Assembly (NCBI GenBank): GCA_964557575.1 | Contig: CAZLBC010000017.1 | Span: 4,227-68,226 of the forward strand | From: an uncultured Planctomycetaceae bacterium | GTDB taxonomy: Bacteria; Planctomycetota; Phycisphaerae; SM23-33 | Reading direction: 5' to 3' | DNA: 64,000 nt | In this document: one piece after another, positions 37,797 through 45,742 of the stretch | How the letters are laid out: every line of letters starts with the position of its first letter | Numbering within the stretch: position 1 is the stretch's first letter | Program-made: the position numbers and the translations under genes | Notes under the pieces: model-generated | Databases searched by the model: none | What the model was told of the DNA's origin: nothing | Seen by the model: the letters and a program-made list of their open reading frames with translations, nothing else

Positions 37797-37840
37797 GGGG
37801 TATGTTACCCGCGCGGATTTCCCACCTGGATATTCACCCC
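37797..37840. promoter_or_regulatory. Palindromic candidate upstream activator sequence 2, homologous to 36285-36328
   Basis: ggggtatgttaccc-N17-ggatattcacccc; shares CCCACCTGG and the 17-nt spacer with copy 1. Confidence 0.55.
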
Positions 37841-37890
37841 CGATTTCTGTACCATAGACAATCCACCCGTACATCGAGGAGATACCAGCA

Positions 37891-39834
37891 ATGAATCGCA
37901 GAAAGATATCCGCCGTTGTGCCCCTCTCATACCTGTTTCTCGCTGCCGCGCTGCTGACCGCTCCCCCCGCCGCTCGGGGTGCGGAAAAGGCGACGGTGGC
38001 CTCACCCGGCGGGGACGTGACGATCATCTGCGAACTCGCCGACGGCCGTCCCGCGTATTCCGTCAGATACCGCGGCCGCACCGTCGTCGACTCCTCGCCC
38101 CTCGGCCTGGCGTTCGGCACGGACGCCCCGGCGTGGACGATGGCGGGACGGGAACCCGGTGACGTCGATTCGCGGTGGGAACCGGTGTTCGGGAAGCGGA
38201 GCACGGTCCGCAACCGCTACCGCAGCCTGCGGGTTTCCCTGGCGCGGGCGGCCGGCGAGCCGGCCGCGATGGACATCGTCTTTCGGGCCTACGACGACGG
38301 CGCCGCCTTCCGGTATGTCGTCGGACCGCGGGACACCGAACCGGCAACGGTCACCATTGCCGGCGACCGATCGGCGTTCAACCTCCCGGCCGGTTCGACC
38401 GGCTGGTGCTACAACCGCGAGCACCGCCCGAAGGGTCCGTTTTCCCTGAAGGACACCGGCGGCGGGCTGCAACTGCCGGTACTCGTCGACGCCGGCGACG
38501 GGGCCTGGCTGGCCGTCGCCGAGGCGGCCCTGTACGGCTTTCCCCCCTTCCGGCCGACGACCGCAAAGGGTTCCGCTGCCGTCGGCGTGGAGATAGACAC
38601 GGCCGCGGTCCAAACCCCCTTCGCCACCCCGTGGCGGGTGGTGATGCTCGGGGACCATCCCGGGCGGCTCGTGGACTCGGACCTCATGGCCAACCTCAAT
38701 CCCCCCTGCAAAAACGAGGAATTCACCTGGCTGAAATCCGGCGTCTCGTTCTGGGACTGGCGGGCGATCGGCTACAGGGCAGACGACGGCTTCGTGTACG
38801 GCCAGGATTTCGAGACCTGGAAGCGGTTCATCGACCTCGGCGCCGAGACCGGGGTACCCTTCCTCCTGATCGACGCCAACTGGTACGGACCGGAGTTCTC
38901 CGGTGAATCCGACCCATTCACCGGCGGCAAGTCCGGCCAGGTCCGCCGGGCGATCGACTACGGGAAGAAAAAAGGCGTCGGGCTCGTGCTGTACCTGAAC
39001 CACGTGGCCGGAAAGAAGTTCGGGACCGAAAAAATCGTCGCCGCCTACGCAAAATGGGGTGCCGCGGGGATCAAGTACGGCTTCATGCGGGGCCTCCGCG
39101 GCCGGGACAAGGTCAATTACACCCGGAAGATCATCACCGCCTGCGCGAAGAACCGGCTGTCGGTCAACTTCCACGACGGGCCGGTTCCGCCCAGCGGGGA
39201 CGAGCGAACCTGGCCGAATTGCCAGACCCGCGAGTACTGCCACGCCCAGTCGGACGCCAAGCGGTCCTTCTCGCCCGGGACCTTCATCCTCCAGGCCTAC
39301 GTCAACAACCTGATGGGCCCGATCGACATGGACAACGGGATGTTCGACCTGAACAACGCCATGGCCCCGCGGCCCAGGGTCTTCGCGCAGGTGTACTCGA
39401 CGATCGTCGCCGAGGCCGCCCGCACCCTGATCATCTACTCGGGCCTGACCGTGATTCCCGACGCCGCCGGCTTCTATCGGAAACACGGGGAGCTGTTCGG
39501 GTTCATCGCCGCCCAGAAGCAGCCCTGGCGTGAGAGCCGGACGCTCGCCGGGGAAATGGGCGAATACATCGTCACGATGCGGCGGACCGGGGATACGTTC
39601 CTGGTCGCCGCGGCCACGGACGAGGAGGCGCGGACGGTCGGGATCCCGCTGGATTTCCTGCCGGACGGGGAGTACGCGACGGTCATCCACCGGGACGCCG
39701 CCGACGCCCATTACAAGACCAATCGCGAGGCGTACGAGACCGAGAAGCGCGCGGCCACCGCGAAGGACACGATCGAGGCGGCCATGGCACCGGGCGGCGG
39801 CTTCTGCATGACGATCCGGCCGAAGGGGAAATAG
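37891..39834 (+). CDS. GH97 glycoside hydrolase (alpha-glucosidase/alpha-galactosidase family)
   Basis: VASPGG, FRAYDDGAAFRY, TPWRV, FIDLGAE...LIDANW, VNFHDG, PIDMDNG, C-terminal MAPGGGF. Confidence 0.9.
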   Translation: MNRRKISAVVPLSYLFLAAALLTAPPAARGAEKATVASPGGDVTIICELADGRPAYSVRYRGRTVVDSSPLGLAFGTDAPAWTMAGREPGDVDSRWEPVFGKRSTVRNRYRSLRVSLARAAGEPAAMDIVFRAYDDGAAFRYVVGPRDTEPATVTIAGDRSAFNLPAGSTGWCYNREHRPKGPFSLKDTGGGLQLPVLVDAGDGAWLAVAEAALYGFPPFRPTTAKGSAAVGVEIDTAAVQTPFATPWRVVMLGDHPGRLVDSDLMANLNPPCKNEEFTWLKSGVSFWDWRAIGYRADDGFVYGQDFETWKRFIDLGAETGVPFLLIDANWYGPEFSGESDPFTGGKSGQVRRAIDYGKKKGVGLVLYLNHVAGKKFGTEKIVAAYAKWGAAGIKYGFMRGLRGRDKVNYTRKIITACAKNRLSVNFHDGPVPPSGDERTWPNCQTREYCHAQSDAKRSFSPGTFILQAYVNNLMGPIDMDNGMFDLNNAMAPRPRVFAQVYSTIVAEAARTLIIYSGLTVIPDAAGFYRKHGELFGFIAAQKQPWRESRTLAGEMGEYIVTMRRTGDTFLVAAATDEEARTVGIPLDFLPDGEYATVIHRDAADAHYKTNREAYETEKRAATAKDTIEAAMAPGGGFCMTIRPKGK

Positions 39835-39928
39835 GAACAAAAGGGGTACATCGCTCAAATCAATCCACCGAGAGTTGTAGGTTATCTTTTTTTCAACACG
39901 GCTACGTAGACGCACATCCCATCGGTAC

Positions 39929-40582
39929 ATGGTTCAAAAGCAACCGCATCACGAAAGACACATCCCTGAAAAATCGCTTCCTTCCGGGAACAATACCCTG
40001 AGCGCTTCGTCCGGGAAGAATTTCCATTGGGCCGTCGTGAAGCTTGATCTACACAAAGATCCGGGAAAAATCATCGCCAGGTACGATTTCGATACCGACC
40101 GGGGTGGCGTGGGAATGTACGGCAAACACGTACTGGCCTGGTCTGAAGGTAAAACCGTGCGCCTTGGACCGGATGGCTTGAAGGTGACTGCCGAACTGAA
40201 TGGTGTCCCGGCGAGTTCCCGGTCAGCACCTCATGAAGTTGACATAATGGACGATGAAGAATTATTAATGGTGGATTATTCTCAGCGGGAGAAGTACCGG
40301 GTCGGATGCGCAAGCGCAGCTACCGGCAAATGTGATTTCGTGGAAATGCCGAAAGGACATCGATTTGTCTGTGCCAGTCATTCTCGGAACCTTGCCGTGT
40401 TCCAGGGCGCTGATGACCTCCTCGAAATATGGAAACTGGAGTATGGCAGGAGCAGGATTGTATTTTCGATGGAAATAATGAAGAGCCGTACAGGTCATGC
40501 CGAGTTCGGGTTCGGCGGCGACCTGCTGCTGTACGACGGCCGGAATTATTCGATTGTCAGGTACGACCCCTGGGCGAATTGA
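39929..40582 (+). CDS. Hypothetical protein, low GC, possibly a beta-propeller fragment lacking its true N-terminus
   Basis: 217-codon ORF with beta-strand-like repeats; no clear RBS. Confidence 0.35.
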   Translation: MVQKQPHHERHIPEKSLPSGNNTLSASSGKNFHWAVVKLDLHKDPGKIIARYDFDTDRGGVGMYGKHVLAWSEGKTVRLGPDGLKVTAELNGVPASSRSAPHEVDIMDDEELLMVDYSQREKYRVGCASAATGKCDFVEMPKGHRFVCASHSRNLAVFQGADDLLEIWKLEYGRSRIVFSMEIMKSRTGHAEFGFGGDLLLYDGRNYSIVRYDPWAN

Positions 40583-40647
40583 ATTGCGGGCAGTGAAGTA
40601 CAGCGGTTTTTACCAAGAGTAATCCGCATCCCAAAGCATTACGGCAC

Positions 40648-40661
40648 CGTATTCGGCACCG
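40648..40661. repeat. 14-bp direct repeat CGTATTCGGCACCG, left copy flanking the AbiE cassette
   Basis: Identical to 42349-42362. Confidence 0.8.
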
Positions 40662-40812
40662 CAAACTGTTTTATTCTCATAACTACTTTATTAACAATGC
40701 ACTATAACTTTCCTTTGCCCTTTTGCCAACGAGAATGTCACGAGTTGGGATCTTGGGCAGACATTCAAGTGTTGAAGAAGGCCAGATAATCCAAAAAATG
40801 TTTATTTGATGC

Positions 40813-40841
40813 TTGATAGTTGCAATAAATACAACTATCAT
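40813..40841 (+). promoter_or_regulatory. sigma70-type promoter with an overlapping inverted-repeat operator (AbiEi autoregulation candidate)
   Basis: TTGATA(40813-18)-17 bp-TATCAT(40836-41); TGATAGTTG-N9-CAACTATCA at 40814-40840; ATG at 40849, probably leaderless. Confidence 0.65.
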
Positions 40842-40848
40842 GCTTAGT

Positions 40849-41454
40849 ATGAACAACATAGAGTACACGTCTGAGCCGATTGTTGACACACTCCGGATGA
40901 AGCAATGGCTGGGGGATATCGGCGACAAGCGCGGGAAGATTGCCCGAATGATACACACCGGGCAGTTGCTTCAACTCCGGCGAGGGCTGTACGCAACGCG
41001 GCGCGATATCAATCCCTATTGTCTCGCCGCGAGCATCTACGGCCCTTCGTATATCAGCTTCGAAACCGCCCTTTCTTATCACGGGTTGATTCCCGATGCG
41101 GTCTATGAAATTACGTCGGCAACCCTGAAACGGTCGCGCGAGTTTGAAAATGACTTCGGGCGCTATCGATACCGTGCAATCCCGCGAAAGGTGTATCCCC
41201 TTGGAATTGAACGCTCAACAGAGGCAAGTATTCCATTCCTGATCGCATCGCCGACCAAGGCGTTGTGCGACCGTATTGCACTTGAGCCCGGAATGCGGTC
41301 TATGTCGGATGTGCGACAATGGGCCGAATTGATGCGACTGAATGATGAACACCGGTTCGATCCTGCGGTCCTGAACGCCTGCGCTGAGAACTACAGGCGC
41401 CCCGCTGTGCGACTCCTCGGGCGCACCATCGAAAAGTATGGAGGATTGTCATGA
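40849..41454 (+). CDS. abiEi: Type IV TA antitoxin AbiEi-like transcriptional regulator
   Basis: LLQLRRGLY, PSYISFETALSYHGLIP, ASPTKALCD motifs. Confidence 0.85.
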   Translation: MNNIEYTSEPIVDTLRMKQWLGDIGDKRGKIARMIHTGQLLQLRRGLYATRRDINPYCLAASIYGPSYISFETALSYHGLIPDAVYEITSATLKRSREFENDFGRYRYRAIPRKVYPLGIERSTEASIPFLIASPTKALCDRIALEPGMRSMSDVRQWAELMRLNDEHRFDPAVLNACAENYRRPAVRLLGRTIEKYGGLS

Positions 41455-42320
41455 ACAAGGCGATTGAAGACATGTTGCGTCCTTACGCCCCGGTTACGCC
41501 ACTGGATTGGATGTATGCTATTCGCGAAATAGTCCAGGAAATCGCCCTTCTCGGTTTCTGGCGCAGCGGGTTCTTCGAGCAAGCCGCCTTCTGCGGCGGA
41601 ACCGCGTTGAGGATTTTCCACGGGCTGAACCGCTTCTCGGAAGACCTCGATTTCTCACTGGGCAGCGAAGAGGACGAGGCGCGTCTTGAATCCGCCCTTT
41701 CGGCACTGGAGGACGAACTGGCGGCCTGGGGCTTTTCATTCGAAGCCGAGCCGAAGTCTTCCGGCGAACGAACCGGAATCGAGTCGGCTTTCTTGAAGGG
41801 AAACACCCGTATTAACCTGTTGAACATCGGAGTGCCCGAGGAACTGTGGCGACACTTCCCTCGCAACCGGAAGATCTCGATCAAACTCGAACTGGACACC
41901 GCACCACCGCCTTGTGCGTTGACCGAGGTCAAAACCCACCTGTTGCCGACCCCGTTTCAGGTGCGATTGTACGACCTTCCCAGTCTCTTTGCCGGAAAGC
42001 TGCACGCCCTGCTCTTTCGAGACTGGAAGAGCCGGGTAAAGGGCCGTGACTTCTTTGATTTTGTCTGGTTTATCGGACGAGGCGTGCCGGTCAACCTGCC
42101 GCATCTGGAGGCGAGGATACTGCAGAGCGGAAACCTGAAAACCAAAACACTGGACCTTTCGGGCCTGCAGTCGCTGCTGATCGAGCGATTTGAGAAGGTC
42201 GATCTTGCCGCGGCGGCCGGCGAAGTCCGCCCCTATCTTCGTGACGCACGCGAACTTACGCTGTGGTCCGAGAAATTCTTCAGGGACCTGGTCCCCGGGT
42301 TGACTGAGGCCCGCCCATAA
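41451..42320 (+). CDS. abiEii: Type IV TA toxin AbiEii-like nucleotidyltransferase
   Basis: FCGGTALRIFHGLNRFSEDLDFS, LFAGKLHALL, KGRDFFD; ATGA overlap with the antitoxin. Confidence 0.9.
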   Translation: MNKAIEDMLRPYAPVTPLDWMYAIREIVQEIALLGFWRSGFFEQAAFCGGTALRIFHGLNRFSEDLDFSLGSEEDEARLESALSALEDELAAWGFSFEAEPKSSGERTGIESAFLKGNTRINLLNIGVPEELWRHFPRNRKISIKLELDTAPPPCALTEVKTHLLPTPFQVRLYDLPSLFAGKLHALLFRDWKSRVKGRDFFDFVWFIGRGVPVNLPHLEARILQSGNLKTKTLDLSGLQSLLIERFEKVDLAAAAGEVRPYLRDARELTLWSEKFFRDLVPGLTEARP

Positions 42321-42348
42321 TAGGGTTTGATGACCGGACGCCCGGGAG

Positions 42349-42362
42349 CGTATTCGGCACCG
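42349..42362. repeat. 14-bp direct repeat, right copy
   Basis: CGTATTCGGCACCG. Confidence 0.8.
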
Positions 42363-42434
42363 GTTTGGATCACCGAAACGATCACAAACGCCGTAGGGAA
42401 GGCCGGGGAAATGGAGGGGGCACCAGGCTGTCAT

Positions 42435-42593
42435 TCAGTGATTGAAGAAGGGCCACCTGCCGGGCCTGCTCCGGAGTGTTGAGCGAATAGAAATGTCTTT
42501 TGCCAGCCGGTACTGGCTGATTGCCATGGGCTTCAGGAAGTCTTCCAGCAGCATTTCTCCAGGATGTATTGGTGTCATTTTTGACAGGTGCAC
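42435..42593 (-). pseudogene. higA: Truncated HigA-family antitoxin (not in the ORF track)
   Basis: GTG start with GAGGAG RBS; reads MHLSKMTPIHPGEMLLEDFLKPMAISQYRLAKDIS and then diverges before the recognition helix. Confidence 0.8.
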
Positions 42594-42617
42594 TGCTCCT
42601 CAATGGTAATCCCTCCC

Positions 42618-43535
42618 CTACTTCCATTTTACTTCCGACGGTTCCTTTATGCTGACCTTCTCCGCGTCGGGGAAAGACGGGGGAACCGGAAGGGTGACCG
42701 TGCCGGTGGCGACGAACTCGGTGCCGCGGGCGAGGAGGGTCTGGAAACCGACGCACTTGAGGGGGTCGGTGCCGCCGGCGTGGCCGAGGGTGATGTGGCA
42801 GACTGTTCCCTTGCCGTACGCGATGACCATCACCATCGGCTCGTCGACCTTCGTCCGCTTGGAATGGGCCGAGGCGAGGACGGTCACGTTCTTGCAGGGA
42901 CCGCGGAGTGAGTTGTAGAGTTCCTCCTTTGCGTGCATCCAGACGGGGGGCAGGCCCTTCATGATCGGGTGGTCGGGCGCCTCGGTCTTGATCGGAAAGG
43001 CCCACTGGGACCCGTGGCTGCCGCTGCGCCCCTTCGGCGCCGGGTCCGGGGTCCACTTCCCGTCCTTTTTCCGCAGGAGGCAGCCGTCCTTGGGCTTTCG
43101 GCCGCCCCACCCGCCGACGGCGATCATCTCGTTGTAGGCCGGCCAGTCGGCCGAGGAATTGTCGGCGGCGTGGATGGGCACGAAGCCGCCGCCGCCGGCG
43201 ACGTACTCCTCGAACTCCTTGCGCCGCGCCGCCGGCCAGCGACATTTACCCTTGTCGTTGTAGTTGCTGACCACGGCCGCGTACCGGGAGAACGCGGGCT
43301 TCCACTCGTCCCACTTCTCTTTGGGGTCCTTGTTGGAAGGAAGCTGCGAGACGTCGACGGAAAACCGGCCGGTCGACTCGAGAATCGCCACCGTGACCGG
43401 CCGCATCGCCTTCCAGTTGTGGTTGTTCTCCCCGTCGATCAGCAGGATCTTGATCTTGTCGGCGGCCGGTGCGGGGCCCACGATACCAACGAGGACGACG
43501 GCGGCTGTCAGCAGCAACAGAATGCGTTTGAACAT
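42618..43535 (-). CDS. Secreted ThuA-like (type 1 glutamine-amidotransferase-like fold) protein
   Basis: LLIDGENNHNW, YVAGGGGFV.IHAA, HPIMKGLP, EELY, YGKG.V...LGH; AAAGGAG RBS. Confidence 0.85.
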   Translation of the reverse strand: MFKRILLLLTAAVVLVGIVGPAPAADKIKILLIDGENNHNWKAMRPVTVAILESTGRFSVDVSQLPSNKDPKEKWDEWKPAFSRYAAVVSNYNDKGKCRWPAARRKEFEEYVAGGGGFVPIHAADNSSADWPAYNEMIAVGGWGGRKPKDGCLLRKKDGKWTPDPAPKGRSGSHGSQWAFPIKTEAPDHPIMKGLPPVWMHAKEELYNSLRGPCKNVTVLASAHSKRTKVDEPMVMVIAYGKGTVCHITLGHAGGTDPLKCVGFQTLLARGTEFVATGTVTLPVPPSFPDAEKVSIKEPSEVKWK

Positions 43536-43685
43536 GATTTTCTCCTTTGTATTACGCGCTTTGGTACTCACGACGTGATACGATTGTACCGTCGCCGGTG
43601 AAACAATTCCTTAACGATACCACAACTTACTAGCACTATAGCACATTGGCTTCTTTCACTCCCGAAAACAAAATAAAAAAGGGGC

Positions 43686-43714
43686 TTGCAATGAACCATA
43701 CCGGCTGGTATGGT
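43686..43714 (+). promoter_or_regulatory. tetR promoter with overlapping palindromic operator
   Basis: TTGCAA(43686-91)-17 bp-TATGGT(43709-14); CATACC-GGCT-GGTATG at 43697-43712. Confidence 0.7.
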
Positions 43715-43722
43715 AAACGATC

Positions 43723-44325
43723 ATGCCGACACTCGCGCCCCACATGCCAGAAAAGCTCGCCGAAAGCGCCTTTGCGCTGTTTTCCGAAAAGGGAATCAAC
43801 AACGTCAACCTCGACGCCGTCGCGGCCAGGGCGGGCGTGACCAAGGGCAGCCTGTATCACCACTACGGCTGCAAGAAAGAACTGGTGATCGCCGCCTGCA
43901 ACCACTACTACCGCCGGTGGCGGGAGAACATAGACGCCGAGCTGGCCCCCCTTGCCGACCCGCTTGAGCGGCTTGAAAAGGTCGTCGAATCATCCGTGCG
44001 ATCCTGCATCATGGATCCCCGGAACCGCATTTTCACCACGGAAGTCTGGGCGCTGTCCATCAGCGATGAGGATATCCGCGCCGGGTGGGCGCGGTTTTAC
44101 GACGCGGTGCGTGAACTCTACATCGGCCTCCTCGAGGCGGTCGCCGACGCCGGCCTGGTCGGCGCCGGCGATCCGCGCCGGGCGGTCAACCTGATGCTCA
44201 CCGCCCTCGAGGGCGTCAAGCAACGGGCGCTGTTCGAACCGGCGATCTGCAATCCCGCCGACCAGCGGGCGATCATCGAGGACCTGATGCGGATCCTCGG
44301 TGCCCCGCCGCCGAAAGGGGTATAG
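43723..44325 (+). CDS. TetR/AcrR family transcriptional regulator
   Basis: A.ALFSEKG...VAARAGVTKGSLYHHY..KKEL helix-turn-helix. Confidence 0.93.
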   Translation: MPTLAPHMPEKLAESAFALFSEKGINNVNLDAVAARAGVTKGSLYHHYGCKKELVIAACNHYYRRWRENIDAELAPLADPLERLEKVVESSVRSCIMDPRNRIFTTEVWALSISDEDIRAGWARFYDAVRELYIGLLEAVADAGLVGAGDPRRAVNLMLTALEGVKQRALFEPAICNPADQRAIIEDLMRILGAPPPKGV

Positions 44326-44363
44326 GGACATACCCGTCGGGGAAACGCGAAAATGATGTTTTT

Positions 44364-44392
44364 TTGAAACGGAACATACCGGTCGGTATGAC
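44364..44392 (+). promoter_or_regulatory. Promoter of the oxidoreductase operon with a second copy of the TetR operator
   Basis: TTGAAA(44364-69)-17 bp-TATGAC(44387-92); CATACCG-GT-CGGTATG at 44375-44390. Confidence 0.7.
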
Positions 44393-44422
44393 ACGCTGAC
44401 AACAGCGAACAAGGAGCTGATC

Positions 44423-45721
44423 ATGGCTGAACACGGCGAATCGCGGGCCGGGACAGTAACCCGGCGAACATTCCTGGCGGGGGTCGGCGTCGCCGCCCTC
44501 CCCGGTTTCGTCCCTTCCGCGGTCCTGGGCGCGGGCGGCGGAACGCCCCCCAGCGACCGTATCACGATGGGGATCATCGGCGCCGGCAACCGCGGCACCG
44601 CCCACGCCCGGGCCTTCATGAACCAGGCCGAAGCGAAGATCGTCGCGGTCTGCGACGCCAACCGGCCCAAGGCCGACCGGATCAAGGCGAAGCTCGACAA
44701 GCATTACACGGACACCGCGTGCACGATCCACAGCGACTTCCGCGAGATCATCGACCGGGAGGACATCGACGCGGTGACGATCGCCTCCCCGGAAAACTGG
44801 CACGCCCTCCAGGCGTCGATGGCCGCGGCGGCGGGCAAGGACATCTACTGCGAGAAGGCCCTGAGCCTGACCGTCGAGGAAGGACGAAAACTCTGCGACG
44901 CCGTCCGCCGCTACGGGGCCGTGCTCCAGGTCGGCACCCAGCAGCGATCGGGGCGGAATTTCCGGTACGCCTGCGAACTGGCCCGCAACGGCTACCTCGG
45001 CGCGCTGAAGCGGGTCGAGGTCGGCGTCCCCGGCGGCCGGGCCCTCGGCAACGCCCCCGTCGCCCCCGTTCCCCCGGGACTCGACTACGACCTGTGGCTC
45101 GGCCCGGCCCCGCGGACGCCCTACAACACGCTGAAGTGCTCGTTCAACTGGTACTTCATCTACGACTACTGCGCGGGGTGGATCCAGTCCTGGGGCGTCC
45201 ACCACTGCGACATCGCCCTCTGGGGGGCGCCCGCGCTGCGGGCATCGACGCTCGCGGTCGCGGGCACCGCCACCTTCCCCGCCGACGGGATCGCCAACAC
45301 CTCCATCACCTGGAACGTCGATTTCACCACCCCCGGCGGGCTGGTCTACAACTTTACGGACAACCGAAAAAACGGGCAGGGCTGCCGGTTCATCGGCGAG
45401 AAGGGATGGGTCCACGTCAGGCGGGGCGGCATCACGGCCGATCCGCCGGGCCTGCTGCGTACGCCGATCAGGCCCGGCGACGAGCACCTCTACGAGTCCG
45501 GCAGCCACTGGGGCAATTTCCTGGCGTGCGTCCGCAGCCGGCGCGACCCGGTCGCCCCCGTCGAGGCCGGCCACCGCGCCACCACCCTATCCCTGGTGGG
45601 CGACATCGCCACCCGCCTGAAACGGAAGCTCGTATGGGACTGGAAGACGGAACGCTTCGTGGACGACGAGGCGGCCAACCGGATGCTGGGGCGCCCGATG
45701 CGGTCCCCCTGGACCATGTAA
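44423..45721 (+). CDS. TAT-exported Gfo/Idh/MocA oxidoreductase
   Basis: TRRTFL signal; GIIGAGNRG, YCEKAL, QVGTQQRS, DYDLWLGPAP, WGVHH.DI. Confidence 0.93.
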   Translation: MAEHGESRAGTVTRRTFLAGVGVAALPGFVPSAVLGAGGGTPPSDRITMGIIGAGNRGTAHARAFMNQAEAKIVAVCDANRPKADRIKAKLDKHYTDTACTIHSDFREIIDREDIDAVTIASPENWHALQASMAAAAGKDIYCEKALSLTVEEGRKLCDAVRRYGAVLQVGTQQRSGRNFRYACELARNGYLGALKRVEVGVPGGRALGNAPVAPVPPGLDYDLWLGPAPRTPYNTLKCSFNWYFIYDYCAGWIQSWGVHHCDIALWGAPALRASTLAVAGTATFPADGIANTSITWNVDFTTPGGLVYNFTDNRKNGQGCRFIGEKGWVHVRRGGITADPPGLLRTPIRPGDEHLYESGSHWGNFLACVRSRRDPVAPVEAGHRATTLSLVGDIATRLKRKLVWDWKTERFVDDEAANRMLGRPMRSPWTM

Positions 45722-45742
45722 TCCCGCGAAGGAGATCGATCG

